Counted from the stretch's first letter, positions 38,701-52,337 are shown. The stretch: 64,000 bases of DNA from Cirrosporium novae-zelandiae (GCA_026023565.1 JAPETS010000006.1:310001-374000), one strand, 5' to 3'. Numbers and translations are program-made. Notes: generated by a model not told the origin, from the sequence alone.

Positions 38701-41700
38701 GCAACACGTCGTCAGGTGGTGGAGGAGGTGGTGGTGTTTGTTCCTCATCCGAAAGACTAGCATCAATGGCGGCTTCGCCCGCCGTTGCTTCATTAGTTGC
38801 GTCTGGCTGTCCAATCTCCTTACCCTTTTCCTTGTCTTTCTTGCTGCCACTCTCTGCCTTTTTACTGGTTGTTCTCTTAGTCGATCCCCAGAAACTCCAG
38901 ACGTCGTCTTTCTTTTCCTCTTTCTCCTTGTGATGATGATGATGGTGTTTTCTTTCTGGTTCTTGGATTTCATCTTCCTCTTCCTCTCCCTCATTATCTC
39001 CCTCTTTTTCTTCTTCTTCTTCTTCTTCTTCTTCTTCTTCTTCTTCCCCTTCTAATGCGATCAGCTCATCTGCGGTTGCTAGCTCGGCTTCTTTCTCGGC
39101 AGCTGCGGCAGCCTCTGCTTCCGCTTCCTCTTCCTCTTCCGCTTCCGCCTCTGCCAGTGCATCTGCCTCTGCCTTTTTCCTTACTTTCTCCTCATCCTTA
39201 TCTTTCGATGGCTTAGATTTAGTGCTGGAGTTGTGGGAACCCCCCGAAACAAGACTTCCCCAGAAACTTCGTACTATCTTGGTCGGAGCTTCCTCTTTCG
39301 GGGAATCTTTCGATTTCTTATCTTTCTTCGAAGATGGTTCGAACCAATCATCCTCTGGCTCAAAATCCAGGCCTGGGGCGGGGGGCGTTGGTGCGGGCGG
39401 AGGATAACTCTCCTGATCTTTTCCTTTCCGTTTCTTCTTATCTTTTGTTGTACCCCAAGTGTTTTCAAGTAATTCAGCTGCTTGGGATGCTTCTAAGAGT
39501 TCCGCCTGTTTCAATTCCTCCTCCGCTGCTGCAGCTTCTGCTTCCGCTGCAGCTGTCTCGGCTTCGGCCGCAGCCTTCCTAGCAGCTCTCTCTCTCTTCT
39601 TTCTCTCTTTACTCGGCAAGCCAACCCAATCCTCCGGGCCCTCGATAATCTTCACAGGTTCTGATTCTGGTTCTGGTTCTTCAACAATAGGAGGGGGAGA
39701 TGGTGCAGGTGGTGAGATTTCAACCCCTTTCCTACCTTTTTTATTTTTCTTTGGACCCCAGCCGCCTAACCAATCTTGTTCGACGGGCTCCGGTTCCGGT
39801 TCCGGTTCTGGTTCTTCAACAATAGGAGGGGGGGATGGTGCTGGTGGTGATATTTCAACCCCTTTCCTACCCTTTTTATTCTTCTTCGGACCCCAACCAC
39901 CTAACCAATCCTCTTCGACGGGTTCCGGCTCTTCAATGGAAATGGGCTCGATTACAGGCTCAGGGACAGTCTTCTTCTTCTTTTTCATGCCCCATCCCAA
40001 CCCTCCCGTCCAATCATCCTCTACAGGTGGGTCGGGCTCAACTGGAGGCTCGGGTGCTGGCTCTGGAACAGGCTCCGGTACAATCTCCATTGCTCCTTTT
40101 TTCTTCTTGTCTTTCTTGGAGGTCAAACCCCAGGAGCTCTCTGGCATTTTTGGAACTGGCGGAGGTGGGGGTTCTTCAACTTTAGGCGGCTCTTCCATTA
40201 CTGTACCCTTCTTCCCCTTTTTTTTGTTCTTCTTTGATGTAAATCCCCAGTCATCTTGTGGCGGTGCTGGTTCCGGTTCCGGTTCTAGTTCCGGTTCTAG
40301 TTCCGGTTCTATTTCAGGTTCAGGTTCAGGTTCAGGTTCAGGTTCAGGTTCGGCTGGAGGAGTGGGTAGTTTTTCTTCAACAGCGCTTCTCTTCTTCTTC
40401 TTGGGTTTTCCAGAAATAGCCGTAGGAGCAAAACTCCATTCGTCGATCCCAGGTTCTTCGGCCTTTAACTTCTCCGGTTCTAGGGGAGGCAGGATTTCTT
40501 CTGCCACGCCCTTTTTCTTCTTCTTCCTGTCTTTCTTGGGCACCGCAGACCCCCAGTCATCCTGCGGGTACTCGACAGGTGCGGGAACAGGTTCAGGTTC
40601 AGGTTCAGGGATCGGCTCAAATTCAGACACTGGAGGTGGGGGTTCTTCGACCCCTTTCTTTTTCTTTTTCTTGTCTTTCTTCGTACTAAAACTGGCCCAG
40701 GGGTCTGCTGCGGCTGGAGCAGACTCTGGCTCTGGCTCTGGCTCTGACTCTGGCTCTGGCTCTGGCTCTGGTTCAGGAGGTGGAAGAGTAGGTGCCTTTC
40801 CTTCAACGACGCCCCTTTTCTTCTTATCTTTCCTGGGAGCTGAGCCCCATGCTCCCCAACCATCATCAACAACTGGTTCAAGTTCAACAGGAGCAGACTC
40901 TAGAATTGGCTCTGGTTTTGCAAGCTCTTCGGCCTCTTCTCTTTTCTTCTTTTTCTTATCCTTTTTACCAGGAGCAAAACTGCCCCATTCGTCTTCTTGC
41001 TTGCTAGGCTCTTCGGTTTTATTTGACCAAGGATTTGTATCCGCTAGATTGTTGGTAGAGTTTGTCTCTTGACTCTTTTGCTGTTTGGAAACATCTGTGG
41101 TGGAAGTACCGCTGCCGCCGGCACCGTTAATACCAAAACCCCATTTACTACCTGTAGTCCAGCTTGTTCCCCAACCGCCAAAGCTAAAGCCAGAAGGGGT
41201 GGGTTTTGAAGTGGAAGCTGGTTCTTCGAAATTGAGATCTTCAAGTTTTGGTGCATTTCCGGCCCCACCACTATCATCAAGAGCGACATCGTCGAAGCCA
41301 AACGATCGGCTAGCGTTGGTAGTAGGTGCCGCTGGTGCGGGAGGGGGAATTGGCTCTGCACTCTATAAAATGCAGTTAGTACATGAAGTGTACCATGTAG
41401 TAAATATACTTGCCTTGCCCTTTTGGTTTTTCTTTTTCTTGCTACTCTTGGACACACCAAACCCTCCCCATGAATCATCGGGGTTGGCATCTTCCGCCCA
41501 GCCCAAAGAATTGTTTGCATTCTGGGCTGCCGCTGCCGCCGCCGCTTCTTCTTCTTCTTTCCTTTTCTGCTCCTCTTCCTCTCTTTGCTTTTGCTCTTCT
41601 TCTTCTCTCCTCCTCTGCTCTTCTTCTTCTGCTTCCTTCTTCTTCCTCTCTTCTTCCTCTTCTTGGGCTTTGGTTTTCTTACTTTTCTTCTTCTTACCTA

Positions 41701-42546
41701 CAACATGCGCGTTCCAATCATCACCACCATTGCCTCCCCCATCACCTCCGCCACCAGCACCAGCATCGCCCCCTTCACCTCCACCACCATCTCCATCAAC
41801 ACCTTCCCCGGCCTCTTTGGGTTCATCGGGGACTGGATTGTTTTGTTGTGCTGGTGGAGCTTTTTTCGCACCACCCTTTTTGTTCTTTTTAGCGTGGCTG
41901 TAGATTTTTGATCTATCGTCAAAATTGATGTGGAATGGATTCATTGTGTCTTTTAGCAATGTCGGTCCCACTTTCTCCCGTGTTCGGTTGGCTATCGGGG
42001 CCGGTATCGGAACGTCATGTGGGCCATACAGGTGTGCTTCTGCTAAATTATCGGTGGTTGAATAATCTGGAGGAGCATCGCAAAGAGCTTCATTGTAGGT
42101 AGGAGGCGAGGTTCCGTAAGGAGCAGGGACAGTAAATTGGAGAAAATGTAGTAATTGTGCACGCAGCACAGAGTTTCTGGGTGGTGCGGAGTCTGAAGGG
42201 GGCGACTGGTGAGGCAAAGATTAGCTAGAAAGCTAGACGGAGAGAAAGTGCCGAATGCATAAGAAAGATTAGGAGAGATTGTAGACGATTCGATAACCCA
42301 AAAAGAGGCTTCTAGATTTGAAACAAACATCTAAGGACATACCCGATGCATTATTGGGACAAGCTCTCCGCTGTGGCCATCCCGCTCACTGCAATCATCG
42401 TCACACCGCCTTCTAAACTGCATCCATATCTCGGATTCCTTCCTTTGACTATCACCCAAACCAATCCTCAACTCGGACAATTTTGGAGTATATTGTGCGC
42501 TGTCCCGATGACGATCGAAAAAGGACGCAACCAGAGCTGTCGCCAT
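35735..42546 (-). CDS. Very large (about 2100 aa) intrinsically disordered protein with repeated acidic-W-G, poly-Lys and Pro-Glu modules; about 5 exons
   Basis: Exon 1 42546-42343 (GTATGT donor, phase 0), exon 2 42205-41414, GC-AG intron 41413-41363, then an open frame to the stop at 35735 containing two in-frame introns; the true start codon is uncertain. Confidence 0.75.
39665..39930. repeat. Tandem intragenic duplication, about 135-nt period
   Basis: Two near-identical copies encoding DWLGGWGPKKNKKGRKGVEISPPAPSPPPIVEEPEPE, differing mainly at synonymous sites. Confidence 0.9.
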
Positions 42547-43020
42547 GTTGCAATTGGGGTCGAATCCGCAGATTCGAGGATGCACTCATCGGGGTTGCCA
42601 GCGTGTAAGACAGAGCAAACCAAATAGGAAAATGGAGATTGGGGGGGGGAGGGGGGGGAGGAAGGATATATGTCAGAAGGACAATAGCCTTCTAGGACCA
42701 AAATCCGAAGTCAATGGATGGTCAATGGGATGGGTCCGAGGCTTTCGGGATGAAGATGGTTTGCGACGGGTAGGGATTAATAGTCTAGAAAGGCAGTTCG
42801 TGGGTAGAAGAAAGACCGAGGTCACTTGAGGAGGGAAGTTTGGCGATAGTTACCGTAAGTGTGTTGAGACTTGTGGAAGTGCTTTTTTAGAGTAATGGAA
42901 AATAAAAATAATCATGGATAGGCGTATCAGTCAGTGTATCATTCGTGCTTATCCGTTTTCAGGCCGTGATTAAATGACTGTGTCCGCCACCCCTTGGGGA
43001 GCCTTTTGGGGAAGGGGGGT

Positions 43021-43057
<37 letters not shown>
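43021..43057. repeat. G37 homopolymer
   Basis: Uninterrupted G run preceded by further G tracts. Confidence 0.95.
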
Positions 43058-43058
<1 letters not shown>

Positions 43059-43310
43059 AACTAGAGAAATGCCAGCCAAATGCCAAAAGGATAGCCACAA
43101 ATACCTTAACGAGATGGCGGAAGAATAGAAGAATACATAAATAGTAGTAATAATTAGATGGAGAAATTAAGAGTCAAAGACCATTGAGGCCATTGAGACC
43201 ATCTGATGCCCTTAAGCACTACAAAGTACGCGGGGCAACTAGAAGGCCAGCGTACATAAGCGGTGTCGAGATTTTTTTTTTCTATTCTAGCTGAACTTGG
43301 AATGACAAGG

Positions 43311-43365
43311 CACCAAGGGAACCAAGAGAACCAAGAGAACCAAAGGAACCAAAGGAACCAAAGGA
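43311..43365. repeat. 9-bp minisatellite (AACCAARRG) x6
   Basis: accaaggga accaagaga accaagaga accaaagga accaaagga accaaagga. Confidence 0.88.
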
Positions 43366-46010
43366 AACACACCATGACCAGAGACACCATGACTGGACTA
43401 CAAACTTCATCAGGCTTTTACATATTCGAATCCATCAGGGTAAGTTGATATTAGGCCCAATGACTCCAACTGGCCCTATTCCCTGCAGTGCCTACCTATT
43501 CCTTGCCTACACCGCCCGATGCAGCCTTCTCGGATAGTGAGATGTGACAGGCTGGGAGCACAATGTGGGAAGAAAATGGAACAAGGGAAATAGGGAAAAA
43601 AGGAAAAAAGGAAAAAAAGGGAAAAAGGGAAAAAGGGAAGAAAACACAAAAGTTACAATTGTCTCAACAAATCTGCAATCTACTGACTTTCACCATCCAT
43701 CTACTTTCACATACATACATCAATTAGGTTGGTTGGACAATCTGTTACCACCTACATACCCATCTACATACTGTGGTAGGATTTACTATTTTTGCCGGCG
43801 TGATCAGCGTTCTTGCAACATCGGGCATTGGCTTATGTTGTTTAGCTTTCCTTGGCCGGGCGTGAGATAGCTACAAGTTTTGTCCAAATTCCTGGTTATT
43901 TACTGTATTTTGGTTGCATCTAAGAGTTGGGTGGTGCGCGTGGAAAAAACTATGATTTGACGTAGAAAAAAAGCCCCTCGGTGCCCTCTTAATTCGTCTT
44001 ACTCCAGTCACTCCAGTCATTCCAATCGCCTCAGACCCATCCACCCCATCCACCCCCCATCATGGGACAGACGCAGGTGCACCCACCACGTCTCTCCTGC
44101 ATACAATAAACACTAACTTTTCTGCTTCCTTCTTCATCATCATAATTAATTCATACTCATGCATATACTTTATACTAAGTACCTAGGTAGATACTTACAA
44201 AGAGTATTTAACATATTAAACCAATATTCATCCTTGAATCTTTAACCTTTACGAAAAAAGAACCTTCTCCCAACCTCTCATATAAACTCTATGCTCGCTA
44301 CTTTCGCTACTAAGGTATCTAGGTGCTAAGTACGTAAGGACGCAAAGAATACTACATGATGCCCGAAATCATCAATGCCCACTTTATGACATCGACGCTT
44401 CCGATGCCCGAAGACTCCCAACAACTACAAAACAAATCATGGATGATACCGCATACGAAATCTATTTATTAATGACCACCACCAGATACCATTTCTGTAA
44501 ACATACTCAACCAATATACGGACCATAAGAAATTTGACCACTGGCAACTTTTCTTGTTTATCTGAATCATTGACTTCCGCTAAGGCTGTGGGTTTCAAAG
44601 CGGGTGGGCCCGTCGGCATCAACATTATCGTAAACCACAGGGTCGGGATTGTCTAAGAGTCATGAAGTGTTGTTGTGGCCTAGATGACAGCAATGGAGAT
44701 ATTGAGTCAAACAAATATCAGCTGGAGAGAAAAAAAAGCCCCCTCGTCCCACAAGTAGCAAATACTCACACAGGTCATAGTATAAATCGGGCTAATGTTA
44801 TAAACACCATTGCTCACCATGACACTTTGCTAGAATTCTCTCCTCGTTTCATCTTTCTAAAACTGGAACTGAGCTTCACACCAACAACGACCTGCAACGA
44901 TGTGAACAAGTCGCCAATAATACTTCCACTACTCGTTAGCCACGCATTGAAAATACCACCTTCATTTGTTTCATTGAAGAATGCTTTATGTCTCCCCAGA
45001 AGCCTCGTCTACACCAACCGCCTCTTGGTGTCCCCCCCCCCCCATTTATATTCTCATCCAAATAGTTGTCTAGCTAGGTATCATTTTCTCCCCTCTATTA
45101 CCCTACTCAGAGGCTCTTTTCCCATCCAGCAACCGAGACCCGAAGAGAAACTCAAGGGAGTTACCTACAATCGCACAAACAAGAAAGTATGACGTTGCTC
45201 GTTTTATTGCATTAGATATCATGTCGTTGTTTGACATGAGCAATGTTTTTAAAGTCCCTATAAGCATCTAAATACTGGACGAGAAAGAAAGGTGAAGATG
45301 TGACATTATCAAAAGTAACAGCCGGAGCCACCCAAAATGGGAGGTTCAGAATAGAGACGGTAATAGATTCAAATAGAGATCTTATTAGATCTTCATCTCC
45401 TGTTTCCTGTGGGGTACCCATAAATCTATCTGGAGGAGCACAGACCCAGGTTGTCCCGTGCAGTTCATTTCTACAGCACCATGTATTTATTTCATAGTAC
45501 CATCATCTCCATCATCCCTTTACTAAAGCAATCAGATATCACACTATGCCTAAACTAGGAAAATTTTCTCCCATCTCATTACGCACGGCATTTTACTTTA
45601 GAACGGGTTTTTACTCCACCTCTGCTCAAGTTCGATACAAAAAAATGCATGGGCCTATTTTTGTCGATAAGAGATTGATAGGTTTCACCCCGTATAACAA
45701 GAGCTGAGACTTCTAGCTGGACGGAATACGCTAGACTATAAAGTCGGCTCATCAGATCAATAGTCAAAGCAATCCACATTCATAATGAGATGCCAAAAGA
45801 GCTATAGACATCAAATCACGGGCTGCTAAGACCTGTTGGCTCGAAACAAGCTACTTACTTCACCAATCGCCTAAAGCCATAAACTTACACAAATAAAAAC
45901 CTCCGGAATATCCTCAGTACATCAGTGAAGCCGTTTCCAGTCCTTCAAACCATATACAGACTGTATATAGTAGAGTTAATATGAAAGAGTGGTGTTTTTA
46001 GAGAGGTGTT

Positions 46011-47118
46011 TTAGCCATATACGGTCTTAGTCTCGGCATTATATCTGGCTTTGTCACGGGCTGCTAGGTCGGTATATTTCTATAGGTTTATGGTCAGCTC
46101 AACTTCTATAAATATACCTTGATATGAGAGAATATTTATTACCTTCTTGTCCTCGTTTGACATGCCATTCCATTCTCTTGAGAAAAGTTTTCCCAGTTGA
46201 CTAACCTCAACGTTCTTTAAATCGCCAGATGAATGTCTCTCCATCACGAAATAAATGTAGCCAGTTCTGGGATGTTTAACAAGCCTATCGTCTTTGATCA
46301 AACGATACTTCGCGCCTGCCTTGTTACCTTTGGTACGGGCTTGACGCCTCAGTGCCAGACGTGCTAAATTAGCCTTTCGAATCTCATCTGGGGTATGGCT
46401 TTCGAGCCATTTTTTGTAAGCTAACTCGTTTGCCTCCTTGTTTTGATTGGCAGTACGAGCGTAGGCCTGATTAGGTGTGAGAATGATTCAAGGTCGGAAG
46501 AGAATGAGAGGAGGAATTAAAACTTACTGCTGTCTCTTCTGGGGTGAGATTCTGATACTTCACTACGGCTTCTTTCGCGGCAGTACCAACTTCCCTATTT
46601 TTGGCAATTTCCATCATGACGACAAGCCAGATAGTACTTGGGAGTTTCCTCGGAGGAGTCAAAGCAGTTTCCTTCAGGTCCCTAATCTTTTGGAGAGTCT
46701 TCTTCTTCGCGGCCTCTTGTCGCTGCTTTTCAGTCAATTTCCTCCTCTTTGGAGCTGCTTTAGCCTTTGGTTTTGCTTTAGCCTTTGCCTTTATCTTTGG
46801 TTTACTTTTTATAGTCTTTTTGGTACTGCTCACTTTCTTTGGAGCGGTCTTCTTAGGTGCTGCTCGAGATTTGCTCTTGGTTGTGCTTTTAGCCTTTGGA
46901 CGTTGGGCGCGAGTAGCATAGAATCGGACAGACAAAGGAGTCCAGATGTCAGTTTTTGATGCATATTGCGATCCATGGTTGAGGCTAGTAGAACCGAGGA
47001 CGCGTGAAACATGAGAGCGCAATTGAATGCGTTGTGCAGCTATAATGCGACCTGTTGATAACTTGGACTCGGAGCACATCCAACGCCCAATGAAGCGTCG
47101 GCTATTGGCGATGAACAT
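46011..47118 (-). CDS. Mitochondrial HMG-box DNA-packaging protein (two HMG boxes, Abf2/TFAM-like); 3 exons
   Basis: Arg-rich presequence ending RFYAT, K/A-rich linker, LKETALTPPRKLP, YKKWLESHTPDEIRKANLAR, IKDDRLVKHPRTGY.YF, EWNGMSNEDKK-KY.DLA..DKARY. Confidence 0.85.
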
Positions 47119-47735
47119 GTTGATACTGGTGTTGTCAATGCGAAAAGCAATGAAGATGAAATTTGACTGATGACAGATGTAAGTGTTAACGGAGTGGAGT
47201 ACCGGATGGCTCCTTCCTCACGTGTCTAGCCTATCGAGACAAGAGAACATGAAACTGAAGGAGCTAGGATTCGAAGATTTGAGCGTTGAATTTGACAGCT
47301 ACCAGAATGGCTGGTTAGTTTTTGTGGTCACCGTACTTCGTTAACCCCTCAGAACGTATTAAAAGTAAAAATAACAAGAGAATAACTTGGCGCTAGCTAC
47401 AGTCGCCGATTTGAACCAACTTCACTACTTTACTGGTGGCAGACAAGAACGCTGACGCCCGCGACACCCCTTGGCCCTCCCAATAACATCGACTACATTG
47501 AAACAACAAGGACCAACAAGAGACACTTGAAATTAATATTCAAGATATTTTGCGAATGTATTTTACATCGTAGCGCATATTCCGTATCACTCATCCACAC
47601 GTTTCCCACCACCTCGCCCTCATTATATTTGTCGCCCCAACCGCGGTTTTGATCGCTTTACACTTACCAACATAATAATTATCCAGCTTTTGCAGACCAC
47701 AGAAGTAAAGAGAACTCACTGATCCAGCCTGCGGA

Positions 47736-50700
47736 ATGGCCCGCCGTCCGGATACTCGCTCACCATCTCCCACAGGCAGCGCCTTATCATCGTCGAGACG
47801 AAGTTATAAGGATGGGGATCGCTACGATAGAAGCCGCAGAGATGACGGTAGAAGTCACAGAAGGCGAAGCCGGTCGAGAAGCCCCGACGTAAGCTACTCT
47901 CGCATTGTATTAAGCTTTCAAAATCCACAAGGTTGACATTGGTCCAGCGGCGTTATCGTGATAGAGATTCCCGTAGACATCGGGACCGCTCTCGAGATAG
48001 AAGAGATGACCGCCTAGACGATCACAATTCCTATAGACCGAGTCGACGAGAACGATCAAGAGATCGCCATAGATCGAGAGATCGTGACCAAGCAAAAGAT
48101 TACCGTCGCAGAAGTCGAGATAGGGATTATCGGAGCAGGCGAGATGATTCCCGTGACCGGGATAGAAGACCACGAGACGAATCTACTGACTCACGTCGTA
48201 AGAACAGACGAGATGATAGCAATATCAAGGGTAAGGACTACAATCCAAGAAGCAGCGAGGTATGTCTTTCTTCTCAAGATTCATGGGAACTTTCTCATAC
48301 GGGAGCACAGCCGGCAAAGCCCTCAACTCCTACTGCGCCAACAGAAGAACAGAAAAGGGCCGAAAGGTTAGCCAAACTCGAGGCATGGAAACAAAAGCAA
48401 GCTGCGGAGAGAGAGCGGAAGCAGAAGGAGCTCGAGGCAGCGGGCGGGACTCGTAATATACTCGCTGAAATGGACAAGAAATCGACACTTTCACCCATAC
48501 CTGTTGCGCCCCCCCCGAAGTCCCCAGAACCAAGCGATAAGGAACAACCAGCACCCTATGCTGGAAAGTTTGATCCGAAGGCAATTGCCAAGAGAGTTAC
48601 CGAAAAGTCTTCAGGGTCAGGTCTACTTGGGAAAGGCGTAGCCATACAGGAGATTGCAAAAGCGTCTGCAGCCTTAACATCCTCGACTCCTGGGAAACAT
48701 GCTGACAAACCAACAGCTTTTTCAAGGGTTTCTACAGGTCAGTCAAATCTTCCTAAGTCCAACTCTTTTCAGAAGAGTGCTAATTTGCGTCCTACAGCCA
48801 CTACCAAGGCTAAACCTCTAAAAGCCCGCGGGAACGTGAGCGGATTTGGCTTTGGAGGTAAGAATTCCGATATTGAAAAGACCTCCAAACGTGCGTTGGA
48901 TTTTGGTGACGAGGAATCGACCCGTAAGAAACTGGAAAAGCTTCCATCTCCACCCCCTGAAGATATAAAAATTGGGGACGGCAATGCCGTTGATGGAGCT
49001 GCTGATGAAGATGATGATGACATCGATATGCAGGATGCTGGTACTGAAGAAGAGGCAGCAGCAGCTGCTAGAGCTGCGGCTGAGAAACGAGAAGAGCGCC
49101 TGTACGAACAAGACCCACCACAAGTCGATACGGATACCTCAAATAATGATGGTCAAGATGAACCAAACGGGGACATCGCCATGAATGATGCTCCTACAGC
49201 ATCAGCTGCGCAAGAAAACGAAGAGGATGTTGATCCATTGGATATCTTCATGAGTCATTTGACCGATAGCACGGTCTCCTCAAAAGGAAGAAATGGGTTT
49301 AGAAATTCAAGTACTAAACTACAAGAGCCGGAAGCGCTCTTTAGTGATGATGAAATTGATCTGAATACAGTCGAGGCTGATCCGGATGATATTCTAGCGA
49401 TTGCAACCAAGGCCAAAAAGAAGAAGGACCTACCTACGATTGACCATGCAAAGATGAACTACGAAGCATTCCGAAAAAGCTTCTACACGGAACCCGAGGA
49501 ATTATCAGAGATGACCGAGAAAGAAGTTGTAGATCTGCGGCTGGAATTAGATGATATCAAAATTCGGGGAATTGACGCCCCAAAGCCGGTACAAAAGTGG
49601 GCACAATGTGGTCTCGGAGCCCAGACTTTAGGAGTTATTCAGAAACTCGGATACGAAAAACCATCCGCTATTCAATCACAAGCAATACCAGCGATCATGT
49701 CTGGACGGGATGTAATTGGTGTTGCCAAGACCGGCTCAGGAAAAACCGTGGCGTTCCTTTTACCAATGTTTCGTCATATTAAAGATCAAAGATCCCTAGA
49801 CAGTTTAGAGGGACCGATTGGTCTTGTTATGTCTCCAACTCGTGAATTGGCAACCCAGATTCACCGGGAATGTAAACCATTCTTGAAGGCATTGAATTTG
49901 AGGGCAGTATGTGCTTATGGAGGAGCTCCCATCAAGGATCAGATTGCAGAACTCAAACGTGGTGCTGAGATCATTGTATGCACTCCTGGTCGAATGATTG
50001 ACCTGTTGGCAGCTAATTCAGGACGTGTAACAAATTTGCGGCGAGTTACCTATGCGGTTCTAGATGAAGCAGACCGCATGTTTGACATGGGATTCGAACC
50101 ACAGGTGATGAAAATCCTCACAAATATTCGACCAAATAGACAAACTGTCCTCTTCTCGGCAACATTTCCTTCCAAGATGGAATCTCTCGCTCGCAAGATA
50201 TTAAACAAACCCCTTGAAATCGTCGTCGGTGGTAGGGCTGTTGTAGCTTCGGAGATTACCCAGATCGTCGAGGTTCGGGAGGAAGATGATAAATTTAGAA
50301 GACTCCTGGAACTTCTAGGAGACCTTTTCTTTCAGAACGAGGGCCAGGATGTACGAGCTTTAATATTTGTGGATCGTCAAGAGTCTGCCGACAAATTGTT
50401 CAAGGAGCTCTCTCAAAGAGGATATAGATCTAGCCCCATCCATGGTGGCATGGATCAAATTGATAGAGACTCTAATATCGCGGACTTCAAAAAAGGAGAC
50501 ATACAGATTCTAATTGCTACATCTGTAGCAGCTCGTGGCTTGGACGTCAAGCAGCTAAAGCTGGTTGTAAATTATGATGCACCCAACCATTTAGAAGATT
50601 ACGTTCACCGAGCTGGTCGTACCGGAAGAGCTGGTAATACTGGCACCGCTGTCACCCTCCTCAACCCAGAACAGGACCGGTATGCTGTTGATATTGTTAA

Positions 50701-51546
50701 AGCACTCAAACAGAGTGGCCAAAAAATTCCCGAAGCAGTTCAAAGTATGGCGGATGCTTTTTCAGAAAAAGTTAAGGCAGGGAAGGAGAAAGCCAGTGGA
50801 TCTGGCTTTGGTGGTAAAGGTCTGGAGCGACTCGACCAGGAACGGGATGCTGCCCGAAACCGAGAACGTAAAAGCTACAAGACGGGAGAGGAAGGTGAAG
50901 AGGAAGAAAAGGAGGAAAAGACTTCTAAAGGCGACGATCTTATCGCAAAGGCCGCTTCTGCCGTGCAAGCCGCTTCCTCTACGCCACTTGTCGGGGTTCC
51001 AAAAGGTATTGATCTTGATGGCAAGATCACGGTCCACAAAACAGAATCTCCAGCATCCTCCAAGAATCCACTTGATAAGGTCGGACAGGCTGTTGCTGAT
51101 ATTCATTCACGCTTGAACAAGACACGGCAACTCGGATCAGGTCATCCGATTGACAACAAAGGTCCTGATGCTGGTGCTTTTCATGCAACACTTGAGATCA
51201 ACGACTTTCCTCGTAAGTTCCTACCCCCCAGTTCTTCCTGACCACTAAATAAAATACTAACTATAGAACAGAAAAGGCAAGATGGGCTGTCACCAACAGA
51301 ACGAACGTGGCAAAGATCCTCGAAGCTACTGGCACTTCAATTACGACCAAGGGAAGTTTCTACCCTACAGGCAAAGAGCCGCAGGCTGGTGGGGACCCGA
51401 AATTATATATATTGGTGGAAGGAGACACTGAAGTTGTTGTTACAAATGCTATGAGGGAGTTGATGAGATTACTAAAAGAAGGGACAATTGCGGCAGCTGA
51501 TAGCGATGCTCGTGCGCCTGCTACTGGTCGCTATAATGTTCTTTAA
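47736..51546 (+). CDS. PRP5: Pre-mRNA-processing DEAD-box RNA helicase Prp5 (DDX46); about 5 exons
   Basis: RS/RD-rich N-terminus, DPLD motif, [40 protein letters not shown]-like C-terminus LEINDFP-QKARW.VTNR. Confidence 0.96.
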
Positions 51547-51910
51547 ATTGTTGGAGAAACGCCTTGGCTTAGATGAATAGTGCCCAGAACTTTAATTCCT
51601 ATATCCAAAGTTGGCATTTCCCAGACTTTCCTATCTCATTTAATAATCCGTAGTTCCCAGTTGAATTGATGCTGATATATAACCTCTGCACTATTTCCGT
51701 ATGGAGATGTTGATCGGAATGATACTAAGGTGTCGCGAGATTATCAGCATCTATGGAGTCGAATCAGTGTCCTAGAGGGCCTAATCCATAGTTTATACAC
51801 AATCCACCACCCATGGAACGATTTATGGATAATTGAGTAGCTACCATCCTGAACATGAATCATGTGACAGCATTAGATTAATGAACTTATAGTTTGTCCT
51901 GATACAGGAC

Positions 51911-52337
51911 TCAATCCCATTGCTGAGCTGGGTTTTGAGCATCTCGATGAGCTCTCTCCTCTGCTGCGGCCTGGTTGAGAGTTGCGCCCATTGTCTGCTT
52001 CTTCTGCCCTGCCAATTTGCTTCCTAGAGGTCCAGTAACTTTACCGGCTTTGGCCGCTCGTTCCTAAGTCCCATGTTAGCTATGTAAACTTCCCATTACA
52101 TCTTATCGATAACCGTACCTCTGCAGCTTTGGCGGCCGCCTTCCGCGGGTCCTCATTTGTAGATTGATTTCCACCACCACCGATTGGCCTGCCTTGCCCG
52201 GAGATTTTAGATGGACTGATGATCTTCGCAGGTAGGGAAGCTCGCGGGTTAGAGTCGGATGGTGGAGCTGATGTACCGAGGGGACGGCCAGGTGCATCGA
52301 AGTTATCACTTGATGGCTTTCCGCAAAGGTTGCCCAT
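51911..52337 (-). CDS. Small N-myristoylated/palmitoylated protein, SVIP-like; 2 exons
   Basis: MGNLCGK acylation motif, PGRPLG (SHP-like) boxes, DPRKAAAKAAE-ERAA (VIM-like) across a GTACGG..TAG intron. Confidence 0.7.

Noticed and set aside
39459..41903. Long + strand ORFs (537 aa and 272 aa) rich in Ser/Gly/Phe
   Set aside because: Antisense shadows of the low-complexity giant gene on the - strand
44437..45779. Several 60-176 aa ORFs between the giant gene and the HMG-box gene
   Set aside because: No recognisable motifs, coding bias or consistent splice structure; a degraded gene cannot be fully excluded
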